This document shows, piece after piece, positions 1 to 10,960 of a stretch of 64,000 bases of DNA; position 1 is the first letter of the stretch; each line of letters opens with the position of its first letter. This DNA is from Savitreella phatthalungensis (taxonomy: Eukaryota): contig AP039693.1 of assembly GCA_051599415.1 (NCBI GenBank), forward strand, positions 248,001-312,000. The letters are read 5' to 3'. The translations under genes and the position numbers were made by a program. Below the pieces are notes generated by a model. That model ran no database searches. It was not told the origin of the DNA and saw only the letters and a list, made by a program, of their open reading frames with translations.

Positions 1-2
1 TT

Positions 3-983
3 TTCTGCGTCCGTTACGTCGTTGGTGGCCAGGAGTACTGGGATTCCAATGGAGGCATGAACTTCCGCGTCGAGTTTCACCAACGCGCAAAAATCCGTCG
101 TTCCAGTGTTCAGCGCCGTGGAAGCGATCCGCCCGCTAGACGTGCTTTGCTAACACTTGACGATGATGAGGCTTTGCGCGCTGAGGTAAGCCAGAAGCAT
201 TCTCATCAGAGAAATGGCTCCGATCGCTCACTCCTCTTCAGCGACGTCTCTGAATCGCGTCCCGAAAGAGCTGCTGCGCTAGATGACGGTTCAGAAAAGC
301 CTGTGGTCATCAAACGGGGGAGACGTCTGCAATCTGGGAGCGATTCATTTTCGAATCGCTACGACTTTGGGGCATCCCTCTCGGCTGCAATCGCTGCGGC
401 TAACTCGCTGCTGCAAGGCAGTCATGATGAGATTCAGCCAAACCCGCGAAAAGCTTACAAGCCGCCGGCGTACAACCCATACTTTGGCGACGCGTCAGCT
501 CGATCGAGCGGAGACATGTCACCACCTCCTGCGCTTGCGCCGTTCATCGACTCGCCTAGCAGTGCCACGCCGCTCTCTTCGGGAGATGCCTCGCCGATCC
601 CTGGTATGAGCAATGGCCGGCCGGACGTGACAAAGAGCGACGCGTACCAGACTTTGCTCAACAACTACTGTTTCTTTGGGAGTGCAAGACCGACCAGCAA
701 CGCCAACCACCTCAATGCGGCTGGAATCGCTGCACAGCAGCGTCAGTACATGTATAGCAGCAGCCGAGCTGATGCATCGATCACAAACAAGAACACTGGC
801 GCAGTTTATGATGCGGATCAGGACGACAGTCAAAACGTCGCTTCTGCCGTGTCAATAGTCAAGCGCTCAGACCAGACACAAAAGGTGTCCGAGAATGCAT
901 CACCATCACTCTGTGGCCTCTCATCCCTCAATGACTCGCCAGAGATGCACTCGGGCTCGACGACGCCAGTCATTCGCATTTGA
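3..983 (+). CDS. 3' part of a CBM21-containing PP1 glycogen-targeting regulatory subunit (Gac1/Pig1-like); 5' end lies outside the window
   Basis: The frame is open from position 3 and reads FCVRYVVGGQEYWDSNGGMNFRVEF, the end of a CBM21 domain. It is followed by SNRYDFGASL and YQTLLNNYCFF, motifs I recognise from fungal Gac1-like proteins. Confidence 0.8.
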   Translation, partial: FCVRYVVGGQEYWDSNGGMNFRVEFHQRAKIRRSSVQRRGSDPPARRALLTLDDDEALRAEVSQKHSHQRNGSDRSLLFSDVSESRPERAAALDDGSEKPVVIKRGRRLQSGSDSFSNRYDFGASLSAAIAAANSLLQGSHDEIQPNPRKAYKPPAYNPYFGDASARSSGDMSPPPALAPFIDSPSSATPLSSGDASPIPGMSNGRPDVTKSDAYQTLLNNYCFFGSARPTSNANHLNAAGIAAQQRQYMYSSSRADASITNKNTGAVYDADQDDSQNVASAVSIVKRSDQTQKVSENASPSLCGLSSLNDSPEMHSGSTTPVIRI

Positions 984-1576
984 TCTCCAAATTTTCTTTC
1001 CCATGGAACATTTCACACGTTTCCACCTCTCCACACACGATGAGCCCCGCAGGCGCGTGATGCTCCCAGCGTCCTGCGAGTGTGCTGAATGAGAGGCCCA
1101 TAACGATCTACCGGCCGGCGAGTATGAGGGTATGTTCGTGCCATTCAATGTGGCTGCGGCTGCTCCCTTGTATCGTTCCATATACCGGACGATAACCGCT
1201 CAAACTGCACAATAGAGTTTTCAATTCTTCTACTCTCTCTGGCGCAAGGCCTTGTCGCCACGAGAACTCGCGTCAATTCATATCACGACTTTTCAATCCA
1301 AGGCCGTATAGGCAGAAGCCTTATCAATGCTTCGCTCATTAAATCTCTTGGAGCACAAGCTCAGTCACGGACGTAGCTTGCCCTATCTTCTAGACTTCAC
1401 TCAAACTTCATCTTTCCTATCGAGATACGCGAGACTCCCCGAAGATTGCCGATTCGTGGTCTGTACGTAAAAAGATTTCGCTCGTGGATCGCACTATCCT
1501 GCCGTCCTGAGGATCGCGGCTTTCTCATTCCGACGTTCATCAATACAGCCGAGACCCGCTGACAGGCATTCAAATG

Positions 1577-3157
1577 CTAATCCACATCGTCAACGGCACT
1601 CGGATGCACAGGCGTCGCCGGAGTCGTGTGATGGGGTTGTCCTTCAATATGCTGCTCTCCAGACACGGGAGCAAATTGTTTCTCCTTGGCAGCGGTCGAC
1701 TGCGCGTAGCGGTCGGGGAGAACAAAGTCCGGCTTTGTTGCGTCGAGAATTTCCTCCTCGATGCTGAGCATGCCTCCTGCGGACAGCGCCTCAACTACCT
1801 GCTCAGCCGCACCGACGGTCATAGAGGCCAGCACGGTGTTGATCGCTTCTAGCGATTGCGTGGCGACTGCTGCCTGCATCTCCTCGGGTAGCCTTTCATA
1901 AATAATCCTGCATTCTTGGATGGCTGGATCACTACTATCACTGACCGGCACGTTGATCGCGATCTTCGTGCCAGGATCTACCGCATGCAATTGTATCTGC
2001 TCGACGGCTTCTCCAGCACTAGCTCCAGGTGTGGACTGCTCGTCTTCGAGCTTATTTTCGCGCGCACGAGCCGCAATGCGCTTCAGCGTGTCCGTAACGT
2101 CGTCATGGAACAGGCGATGTGCTCGATGAGCAGGATCGCGGACACGCGAGAAGAACAGGCTGACTCCATCGCGACCAAGTTGGCGGCAGTACTGAAGCAA
2201 CAGACCTTGATGAACATATCTCCGAGCTGCTCGATGGTCATCCTTCATCTCGGCATAGTAACTTGCGATTAGTAAGCCATCCGTCTCGTTCTCGTCGCGA
2301 AGTAGATTTGTATGTTTGCCCAGAAATCGAAGTGATGCATCAAGATCGTCTGGCGCTATCTCGCCAAACTGTTTGCCTAGCGCAGATGGTTCTATACGTT
2401 CAGGCAAAGCTTCTTCTTCGCCGTGCATTTGCGTGTCAGGAGTCCTCAGGCGCCTTGATGTCGTCACGTCTACCTCTGATGAGGCTTGCCGCCCAGATTG
2501 CGCACTGACAGTGACCTCGGCCTTTGGTTCGGTCTGCGTGGCCTCATCCACAGGATGAGTCTTGAGAATCGAATGCCGATATGGCGCTTCTGGGTGGAAT
2601 GCTGTCACGCTCGAGTAGTTCCAAGCATCCCTGAGCCCATCTGACGTGATTTTGCGCGAAGAATCCTGCTCGAGCTTTGCGATGTCGCCGCGACGCTTGG
2701 CCAACATATTGACAAGTTTATCATGATGCATCGAGAGCTTGTGCGTCAATGCTGACATTCTATCTTGCTCGCGAACCGGCTGAACTTCATCGAGCACGCC
2801 ATCACAAAGTAGCGTCATCATCTTGCTGTAGGAAGGTGGCTCAGTACCGTCCCGTGACGGTGCGATCTCCTTTTCAGGAAAGCTGTTCAGCTTGCGCCAC
2901 AGGATGTCCTTGGGATTGTCTGCTGAACCCGCAGCCTTGAGTGCAGCGATTAGAGCGTCCGTGCGTTCCAGTAGTGTCGAATTGATCTCAATCTCCTTTT
3001 TGTACTCGTCGAGTTGTGTTTTGGCGAGTTCTCGCTTCTCGTGAATGTCGCGCTGCTTCCACGTGATGAAAGACTTCTTGTCTATGTTGGGGTGGACCTC
3101 TATGTCACTATCGTCCGATAGCTCAATGTTGTCGAACTTTGAATAGTCTAAAACCAT
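1577..3157 (-). CDS. CDC37: Hsp90 kinase co-chaperone Cdc37
   Basis: N-terminal DYSKFDNIELSDDSDIEVHPNIDKKSFITWKQRDIHEKR and middle-domain VHQGLLLQYCRQLG. Confidence 0.97.
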   Translation of the reverse strand: MVLDYSKFDNIELSDDSDIEVHPNIDKKSFITWKQRDIHEKRELAKTQLDEYKKEIEINSTLLERTDALIAALKAAGSADNPKDILWRKLNSFPEKEIAPSRDGTEPPSYSKMMTLLCDGVLDEVQPVREQDRMSALTHKLSMHHDKLVNMLAKRRGDIAKLEQDSSRKITSDGLRDAWNYSSVTAFHPEAPYRHSILKTHPVDEATQTEPKAEVTVSAQSGRQASSEVDVTTSRRLRTPDTQMHGEEEALPERIEPSALGKQFGEIAPDDLDASLRFLGKHTNLLRDENETDGLLIASYYAEMKDDHRAARRYVHQGLLLQYCRQLGRDGVSLFFSRVRDPAHRAHRLFHDDVTDTLKRIAARARENKLEDEQSTPGASAGEAVEQIQLHAVDPGTKIAINVPVSDSSDPAIQECRIIYERLPEEMQAAVATQSLEAINTVLASMTVGAAEQVVEALSAGGMLSIEEEILDATKPDFVLPDRYAQSTAAKEKQFAPVSGEQHIEGQPHHTTPATPVHPSAVDDVD

Positions 3158-3860
3158 CTTGCGGCTCTTTCGAGGATGACCGGTGCCGGAGTGGAATGCT
3201 AGCGCGCTTCGCGCGGAGATGATGCTCGCAGCCCACGATCTCTTGTGCTTGTTCAGAACGATTTGTTGTAGTCGACGTACGTATGAAGTGGATCAAGTGG
3301 ACCGTACAGTCGTTTCTTGCAGCTCGCTGCTTATTGCATTTGCTTCCATTCGAGGCCTATTATGAACTCAATAATTCTACTTTAATAGCTACTCACTCTG
3401 CTACTGCTCGACGAGACGTTTCAGTTTCACGACAAAGCACGTATTGGTACGCGCGCGTGCATACGCACGTACAATACGTACGTATTGTATGGTATGATGG
3501 TCGAATTAATCTGCGGGAATGTATGCATATGTAGTAAATGAGCACGTATGCACTTGAGGCCTATAGAAAATACCTTCGCTTGGAATAATGTTCGAAACCC
3601 ACTCTTACTTACTCGTACAGTATACATTTAAATGTTCGGGAGTTTCTACACAGCTAGGTGCATATACCTGCACGATTACAGCGGACGACTCCATGAGCGC
3701 ATTGTAACACCTCTTACGAACGTCGCCCCATAAAGAGGCCCTCTGCACGTCAGGACGGCTTAGAGTATTTTGCGTTCTCGGAGAACGAAAATTGGCTTCG
3801 TGATCTCAAGTTCTTCTTCAGGGTGACTATGAGTCGGTGACACTACTCGAATCCCTTCAA

Positions 3861-6290
3861 ATGACGGGTCACCGTCGAGCAATCGAAACATCGGTAATGA
3901 TTATGAAACAGCATATCATCAGTCAGCTGTCTAGACCTTTGCTCAGGCCTCAGGTTGTCTTCCTCTCTTCCGCTCGGAATCACTGCACAGGCCGTAGATA
4001 CGCCTCGCCTCATTGGTTTATCAACACTATTGATTACCAGAGCCCTTTCCGCAGTGCAGTCGGACCTTTGCATCTCAAGCAGCGATTGAGCATCTCCAGA
4101 CGTTTAGCCGAGGCCTCTACTCGTCAGGGAGCCGATTCAACAGAACGAAGCACCGGAGACAAGACATCGGCTTCGGCCTCTCTTACGGACGATTTTGCAC
4201 CCACGAATAGGGCACAAGCGGCTGCACAGGTCAATCTCTCGGCCAGATTGTCTAGCAGGGACGACGATAATGTTAAGAAGGTCTCTAGCAAGGAGTTCTT
4301 CGGCCTTGCAAGAGGCGAAGGAGCGCCATTCGCGGCAGCACTTACCTTGCTGCTCTTGTCTAGCGGGGTTTCTATGTCAATTCCTTTCACAATTGGCAAA
4401 ATCCTGGACTTTGCGACGAGCACAGATGCAAATCCCGAGATCTTTGGACTGTCGATGAATCAATTTTACGGTGGACTCGCTGCTGTTTTCGTGGTCGGAG
4501 CTTGCGCCAATTTCGGTCGAGTACTCTTGCTGCGTGTAATCGGCGAGCGCATTGTAGCAAAGCTCAGAACACGCCTTTTCCGCCGTACCATGGCGCAAGA
4601 TGGCGAATTTTTTGATGCGAATCGTCATGGCGATCTGATTTCGCGTCTGTCCTCCGATACGACCATCGTAGGCAAAAGTCTCACGCAGAATGTGAGTGAT
4701 GGCTTGCGCGCTGTTGTCAGCGCAACTGCTGGGTTGTCGATGATGACGTACGTTTCCATCAAGCTGACAGGTATCATGATGCTGATTGTACCACCAATCG
4801 CCCTTGGCGCTGTCTTCTATGGACGCTACGTTCGGCAGCTCTCGCGGAAGACCCAAGAGGCATTAGGAGATCTGACGAAGGTGTCCGAAGAGCGTCTGGG
4901 AAATGTGCGAACTGCTCAAGCATTTGCTTCAGAGCAAATGGAAGTGCGTCGTTACAGTGATCGAGTCCGTGAGATCTTCCAATTGTCGAAACGCGAGGCA
5001 ATAGCGTCCGGCGTGTTTTTCGGTAGTTCAGGTCTTTCTGGAAATATCACTATTCTCGCAATTCTCGCCATTGGAGGTCAAATGGTCAATGATGGCGCCA
5101 TCACCATCGGCGAACTCTCGTCTTTTTTGCTGTACACTGGTTATGTCGGTTCTTCTCTCGTCGGTCTCTCCGGATTCTATTCTGAGCTCATGAAAGGACT
5201 CGGTGCAGCAACCCGGCTCTTTGAATTACTCGACCGCGAACCGACCATCAAGGTGACTGTTGGTCAGCCTGTGCCGGCTCTGCGCGGCATCATCGAATTC
5301 TCAGATGTATATTTCGCGTATCCTACTCGTCCGGCTATCAAAATATTCAACGGCCTGAGCTTCAAGGTTGCTCCTGGCACCAACATCGCGATATGTGGTC
5401 CTTCAGGCGGAGGAAAATCGACAATCTCGTCACTGATACTCCGTTACTATCAGCCCTCACATGGGCTGATTACCATTGATGGCAGGGATATCCGTGATAT
5501 GAATCTGAAGCAAATGCGCCGCCAGATTGCCATTGTTTCTCAAGAGCCCGTGCTCTTCAGCGGTTCCATTGCCGAGAATATCGCGTACTCCAACCCGTCT
5601 GCATCGCGTTCGGCCATTGTTGAAGCCGCTCGGAAGGCTAATTGCTCGTTTATAGCCGATTTTCCCGACGGTCTTGAAACAGCTGTGGGCACACGTGGCA
5701 CACAATTATCAGGAGGTCAGAAGCAGCGCATCGCAATCGCCCGTGCGTTGCTCAAGAATCCGTCGATCCTGATCTTAGACGAGGCTACAAGTGCTCTTGA
5801 TGGTGCCTCCGAGATCGCTGTCGATCAAGCGGTTCAAAGCTTGATGCGACAGGAAACCTTGACAACAATCACAATTGCACACAAGCTCGGCACGATCCGC
5901 CGAGCAGATCGCATCGTAGTTCTCGGATCTGATGGAACGGTGGTCGAGGAAGGCACGTACGCCGAGGTCTCTCGACCTGGAACAGAATTCACCAAACTCA
6001 TGAAGTATATCAAACCAGCCTGGCACAACAACAGAGCACCTCGTCAGCAATACGCGCGACGCGACCGAGGATCGCGCAGAGCAGGATCAGGAATCGATGC
6101 AAATCGAGGCGGTCGGTCGAGCGGACGAGCGCGATGCCAAGGACGAAGCCGCGCCAACTCGATCCGAGTCACCTTTTCTCTAGCGCAGAAAAGTAGATCG
6201 AAATTTCGTCCCACCGCATCGAGAAGTTCTTGCAGTTGCCGAACTCGGGTTTCGGACCACACATGGAACCCCATGGGGGCCTACACCTAA
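3861..6290 (+). CDS. MDL1: Mitochondrial ABCB half-transporter (Mdl1/ABCB10-like); start and C-terminus uncertain (alternative stop at 6183)
   Basis: Basic presequence-like N-terminus, TM domain, Walker A GPSGGGKST, signature LSGGQKQRIAIARA and Walker B ILILDEATSALD. Confidence 0.9.
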   Translation: MTGHRRAIETSVMIMKQHIISQLSRPLLRPQVVFLSSARNHCTGRRYASPHWFINTIDYQSPFRSAVGPLHLKQRLSISRRLAEASTRQGADSTERSTGDKTSASASLTDDFAPTNRAQAAAQVNLSARLSSRDDDNVKKVSSKEFFGLARGEGAPFAAALTLLLLSSGVSMSIPFTIGKILDFATSTDANPEIFGLSMNQFYGGLAAVFVVGACANFGRVLLLRVIGERIVAKLRTRLFRRTMAQDGEFFDANRHGDLISRLSSDTTIVGKSLTQNVSDGLRAVVSATAGLSMMTYVSIKLTGIMMLIVPPIALGAVFYGRYVRQLSRKTQEALGDLTKVSEERLGNVRTAQAFASEQMEVRRYSDRVREIFQLSKREAIASGVFFGSSGLSGNITILAILAIGGQMVNDGAITIGELSSFLLYTGYVGSSLVGLSGFYSELMKGLGAATRLFELLDREPTIKVTVGQPVPALRGIIEFSDVYFAYPTRPAIKIFNGLSFKVAPGTNIAICGPSGGGKSTISSLILRYYQPSHGLITIDGRDIRDMNLKQMRRQIAIVSQEPVLFSGSIAENIAYSNPSASRSAIVEAARKANCSFIADFPDGLETAVGTRGTQLSGGQKQRIAIARALLKNPSILILDEATSALDGASEIAVDQAVQSLMRQETLTTITIAHKLGTIRRADRIVVLGSDGTVVEEGTYAEVSRPGTEFTKLMKYIKPAWHNNRAPRQQYARRDRGSRRAGSGIDANRGGRSSGRARCQGRSRANSIRVTFSLAQKSRSKFRPTASRSSCSCRTRVSDHTWNPMGAYT

Positions 6291-6782
6291 AAAGGTGCGC
6301 AGAAAGAAGATCTGTCAGAACGAAGGTCCTCTATTTGAAATGATGCGTTCGAATTATGGCTCCTAAACGTCGACTCTGAGGTTGCCAAAGATTTAACCTT
6401 GTCCCCTGTCTGCCGATTCTGTACTTCCTCCATAGGAATTAGCGACCGTTTTTGTCAACAGAGGCGGCAATCAATCTTTAATGAAGCTGTATGTACGGCC
6501 GGTCAAATCTCGCTGCCAAGTGTTATGTTCCCCGGGTTTTGTGGAAGTGTAACATACACTGGCCAAATCGCGCCTCAACACTAGTTCCGCTCCCGCAGAT
6601 ATGCCCTGACTCCTCGATTGGCGGCACGAAGAAGGAAGACACGAAAACCATATTATCCGGTGCACTGAAAAATACAAGGAAAAAACAGAGCATTTAGGCG
6701 GCGGTTCACAAGACATTGACGCATCAGTCTGTTTCGATAGCCGCTCGGCATCTGAGAATTGCATCGAGGCTGCACAAAGGCT

Positions 6783-7397
6783 ATGGTCACTTTCATGCGA
6801 ATACTGCAACGCGGCCGGTCCAACGAAGACGTTCCTTGCGGAGTGAGCTCAATAAAGAGGCGCACGAGATTATCGCTCCTCATGCTCGGCAATAGCTCGG
6901 ACATAGTTCTTACTACGTCGAACAGGTCCTGCACGTCTTCACCTGTTTCGACATCATCGTACGAAGACTGCACAGACCAGAAATTCACTTCTGAGCGACG
7001 CCCTCCTTCCTTCGTGGTCTCACGGCCGGCGGCATCCCTGTCCGACGAAGAAGTCTATGATAGTGCCAACATGCAACATGCATCACCAGCGCCGCGCCCA
7101 CCCTTCCTCACCAGTGCGCTGCGTTCATTCAGTCAGACGTCTTTCGGAGAGGAGGGAATAGTCGCGCGGGCACTCTTCATACCGCCTACCGCCGCACCAA
7201 ATGGTGTTGAAACCATCGCAGACCTGATCGCCGAAGGCGAGCGGTGTAGAAAACGACAACTTGCTTCGCTGGAGCGACGCAAACTAGACACTCGATCTCT
7301 TGAAGGCCCTGCAATTGAGGGCAGGGCACAGCAAGCATCGATGTACAATCGTATGAGCAAGCATTATGGCGATCACACCCTCATCAAGAATAAATGA
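6783..7397 (+). CDS. Hypothetical Ser/Pro-rich protein
   Basis: ~200-codon ORF filling an otherwise gene-free gap; no recognisable domain. Confidence 0.45.
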   Translation: MVTFMRILQRGRSNEDVPCGVSSIKRRTRLSLLMLGNSSDIVLTTSNRSCTSSPVSTSSYEDCTDQKFTSERRPPSFVVSRPAASLSDEEVYDSANMQHASPAPRPPFLTSALRSFSQTSFGEEGIVARALFIPPTAAPNGVETIADLIAEGERCRKRQLASLERRKLDTRSLEGPAIEGRAQQASMYNRMSKHYGDHTLIKNK

Positions 7398-8134
7398 CAA
7401 GCGTTCTAATAAACAGCATGCAGCACAGGCCTTTCGCGCTATAGCCATCTCCTCACATCAGATGCCCTCCCTCAGCCGTTCAAGATCTACAGGCGCACCA
7501 TCATGCCGCTTGAAAGAGCACTAACTCTTGTCGGAGTCATGATTGATGATCGACGCCAGACTCAATATATCTGATTGCTGGTTTTTCATGTCGGACGGTC
7601 CATGCTCAACAACAACGAGGCGACCGCGTCGCATGCTTCTCGGGCACGACGGACCGTTGGCGCTAGCTAGATTCCATCACTACTACCATCTGTGGCATCA
7701 CGTCTTGACATTGCCACGGCATTTCAGCATTAGACGTAAAGATTCATGCGATAAGAAAGATAATTCTCTTTATTATACCGCCTACGCATTGTTGGACACT
7801 CGAGCGAGCACAATTTGCGCTTTCCTAATTTCATCATACGTACATTTAAAATAAATTTTTACTTGAATTGAACTTAAAAAACTCTCGCGGAGACCGCATA
7901 ATATTCAATTGTGATAATTAGTTCCGAGAATGGAAGGTCAGCATGATGGTCGGCTCATTCCTGATCGATCAGAACCACACGGCTTTCTTACGCTTGGCTG
8001 TGCTCGACGCGTTCGGTGGTCTGTATTAGTGACAGAGTAGGCCACAATCAGTACGACGCGGAAGCAGCGGATTTGTAGGAATACCAGCCAACTCATCCGT
8101 CGCGAGGGCATCATCTTCAATAGCATCCGTTGAC

Positions 8135-8980
8135 ATGTTGCGTAGACAGGCGACTATCCTGTGTAAGCCATCGACAAGAATGAGCTCATCGAACACAACA
8201 GCGGCGAGCTATGAGTATATCATCCGGAGCGACCCTGCGCCAGGTGTAGCACTTATCCAGCTGAACCGCCCAAAGCAACTGAACGCCCTCTGTTCACCAC
8301 TCTTTGCTGAGCTCAATTCATGCCTCGACTCTATCGCAAGAGAGCACAAGATTGGCGCCGTCGTCCTGACGGGTTCGGAACGTGCATTTGCCGCAGGAGC
8401 TGACATCAAGGAAATGCAGCCGAAGACGTTTGCCGAAGTGGCTAGCACAGACTTTTTGGTTGACTGGGCCAAGGTCGCGCGTTTCCGCAAGCCGATCGTC
8501 GCAGCTGTCAACGGTTTTGCGCTCGGTGGAGGCTGTGAGCTTGCGATGATGTGCGACATCCTGTACGCTGGCGAGAAGGCCACGTTTGGTCAGCCAGAGA
8601 TCAAGCTTGGCGTAATTCCTGGGGCGGGGGGCTCACAAAGATTGACCCGCGCGGCCGGCAAATCCAATGCGATGGAGATCATCCTTACGGGCCGGAACTT
8701 CTCCGCCCAAGAAGCCCTGCAATGGGGCCTAGTGACGAAAATCGTCCCGGTAGGTGAGCTTGTCGGCGAGGCGATCAAGACAGCCAGCACGATCGCCTCA
8801 TATGGCCGTCTAAGCGTCATCGCAGCCAAAGAAGCTGTCAACGCGGCCGACGAACTGTCATTGCAGGAAGGGCTGCGGCTAGAACGTCGTGCGTTTCATG
8901 GGCTATTCGCTACGAAAGACCAGAAGGAAGGTATGGGCGCGTTTGTAGAGAAGCGCAAGGCCGTTTTCACGCATGAATGA
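8135..8980 (+). CDS. Mitochondrial short-chain enoyl-CoA hydratase (crotonase family)
   Basis: [37 protein letters not shown] and FGQPEIKLG motifs. Confidence 0.95.
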   Translation: MLRRQATILCKPSTRMSSSNTTAASYEYIIRSDPAPGVALIQLNRPKQLNALCSPLFAELNSCLDSIAREHKIGAVVLTGSERAFAAGADIKEMQPKTFAEVASTDFLVDWAKVARFRKPIVAAVNGFALGGGCELAMMCDILYAGEKATFGQPEIKLGVIPGAGGSQRLTRAAGKSNAMEIILTGRNFSAQEALQWGLVTKIVPVGELVGEAIKTASTIASYGRLSVIAAKEAVNAADELSLQEGLRLERRAFHGLFATKDQKEGMGAFVEKRKAVFTHE

Positions 8981-9069
8981 CGGATTCACTAGCAGGTCAA
9001 GGTCATGAAGTGATTTCATCATCGTCATTTTCATCCGAACGAACCAAGCTATCGGTCTGAAAGCCTTGT

Positions 9070-10275
9070 TCATGATGGGCCACTGCCTCGGTGTTTAACC
9101 AACCACGAGTGCATAAGCACCTTATCGAGCGGCAGCCGTTTATCTGGGTCATGTTGAAGAAGCTTCTCGATCAAGTCCCGAGCTTCCGTGGATACGTAAT
9201 CAGGTACCTTTAGATCCACCTTTGCGATGCGCCGGTATGTTGTGGCATCGTTTATACCTGTGAATGGAGCTGATCCGACGAGAAATTCGAATGCGAGCAC
9301 GCCGAGAGCCCACAAGTCCACCTTCTCGTTGTGACCTTGATTCTCAACCATCTCAGGTGGTATGTAGTCTGGCGTACCGCAGATCGTTTGCCGCCTGCTC
9401 GAGGGCGCATGGACAGACCAGCCAAAATCGGAGATCTTCAAAGTGCCGTTGAGATCCAGTAGAATATTCTCCGGTTTGATGTCGCGATGGATGACATGCT
9501 TTCTGTGAAGATACGCTAAACCCGAAGCCATCTGGCTTATATAGAGAGCAGAGCGCTGTTCGCTGAATCGTCCGCGCTTGCGTAGATGCTTATAAAGTTC
9601 TCCTTGACCAGCATATTCGACTATTAGGAAGATGCGATCACGATCATAGAAGTGTCCGAATAAACGTAGCACATTTGGATGTCTCAGGTTGCTCTGTATC
9701 TCGATCTCGCGCCGAACCTGCTTCTCGACTTGGGAATTGACCAGCTCTGCCTTGTGAAGCGTCTTGAGTGCACAGATAAACCCTGTACGCTTCTCCTTCG
9801 CTAAGTACACCCGGCCGAACTTTCCGCGACCAAGCGGCCGACCGATCTCGAACATAGACAAATGCCAAGTCACCGGCTCAGCGATCGTTCGGGGAATTAT
9901 GACGCTTGCTGAGGTTGCTTGCATGTCTTCGCTGCGATCATGGAAGATCGGTATAGAGCCCGTGCTCGGAATGTCTGCGCTGCCTGGGGCGGTCAAGGTC
10001 CTTCCAACATCTTTCGTCGTGGGCGCGTTTGAGGGCCGCCACTGACTGGCGCTGATAGTTATGCTCTTGTTCGTCAGTTGTTGATTATGCACTGCAAGCT
10101 TGAGTAACGGTAATTTGTTTCCTGGACCGAAAGTGCTGACCGTCCCACAGCTGACGCTATTCCTTGATTGATTGCCAGCAAGTGACTTCTTGACGATGTT
10201 GGCAGTGCTCGCACTCGTCTCTTTGAGCGGCTTATCGCTCACCGACATCCGCGAGAGGCCCGACAAAAGCTCCAT
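9070..10275 (-). CDS. IPL1: Aurora kinase (Ipl1/Ark1)
   Basis: [42 protein letters not shown] and DFGWSVHAP motifs typical of Aurora kinases. Confidence 0.95.
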   Translation of the reverse strand: MELLSGLSRMSVSDKPLKETSASTANIVKKSLAGNQSRNSVSCGTVSTFGPGNKLPLLKLAVHNQQLTNKSITISASQWRPSNAPTTKDVGRTLTAPGSADIPSTGSIPIFHDRSEDMQATSASVIIPRTIAEPVTWHLSMFEIGRPLGRGKFGRVYLAKEKRTGFICALKTLHKAELVNSQVEKQVRREIEIQSNLRHPNVLRLFGHFYDRDRIFLIVEYAGQGELYKHLRKRGRFSEQRSALYISQMASGLAYLHRKHVIHRDIKPENILLDLNGTLKISDFGWSVHAPSSRRQTICGTPDYIPPEMVENQGHNEKVDLWALGVLAFEFLVGSAPFTGINDATTYRRIAKVDLKVPDYVSTEARDLIEKLLQHDPDKRLPLDKVLMHSWLVKHRGSGPS

Positions 10276-10960
10276 GACTGTATCGCAATCTCAGAAAGTG
10301 CCGATTGACTATAGAGCACTGTTGCAAATCGCTATATGAGGGTTCGCTGGGATTTCCTGAGCAAATACACGTCCAATCCTGCCGATGTGCAATCCTACCG
10401 ATGTGCACAACAGATTGTTGCGCATCAATGCTGTATCATACCAAAACAGCAACCATTCCATATCGGGAAACTCTTGCCAACGAGCAGAACGTCGTTTTTG
10501 CTTCACACGTGCTCGAGACGGCAAGCTCGTATATATGTGCGCCAATAGTTTTCTTGAATATTTCGGTAATGCATATAGTTTATACATGCAAGCTTCGATT
10601 AAATTCTCGTAAGAGTTTTGAACGACTGAATCCATTGTCTGGTGACAAATTGCATAGTTGGTGACATTCAAAATTTAAACTTCGAATGCATCGTCATTTC
10701 GATCCGTCAAGAGCTATCCGATTTCCAGTGCATGTACTTATGCATCTAGGCGTCGAGAAAAGGCATAATGGTCGAGTGCACATTGCTGCCACACATGCGG
10801 AAAGCTACTTCAATCACGTTGCCATAACGGATGTCGCTGGAGTAGCCGCCTCAGGCGAATTGGCCCGACAAGTCAGGCCCTTACAGAGGCACGAGCCTCC
10901 CTTCTACGTGAAATCAGATATTGCAAACTCGATTCTCCGGCACGCTCCAGCTACAATCAT

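Noticed and set aside
6640..6660. AAACCAT resembling the snR30/U17 m2 motif
   Set aside because: No exact m1 upstream and no ACA box about 7 nt downstream.
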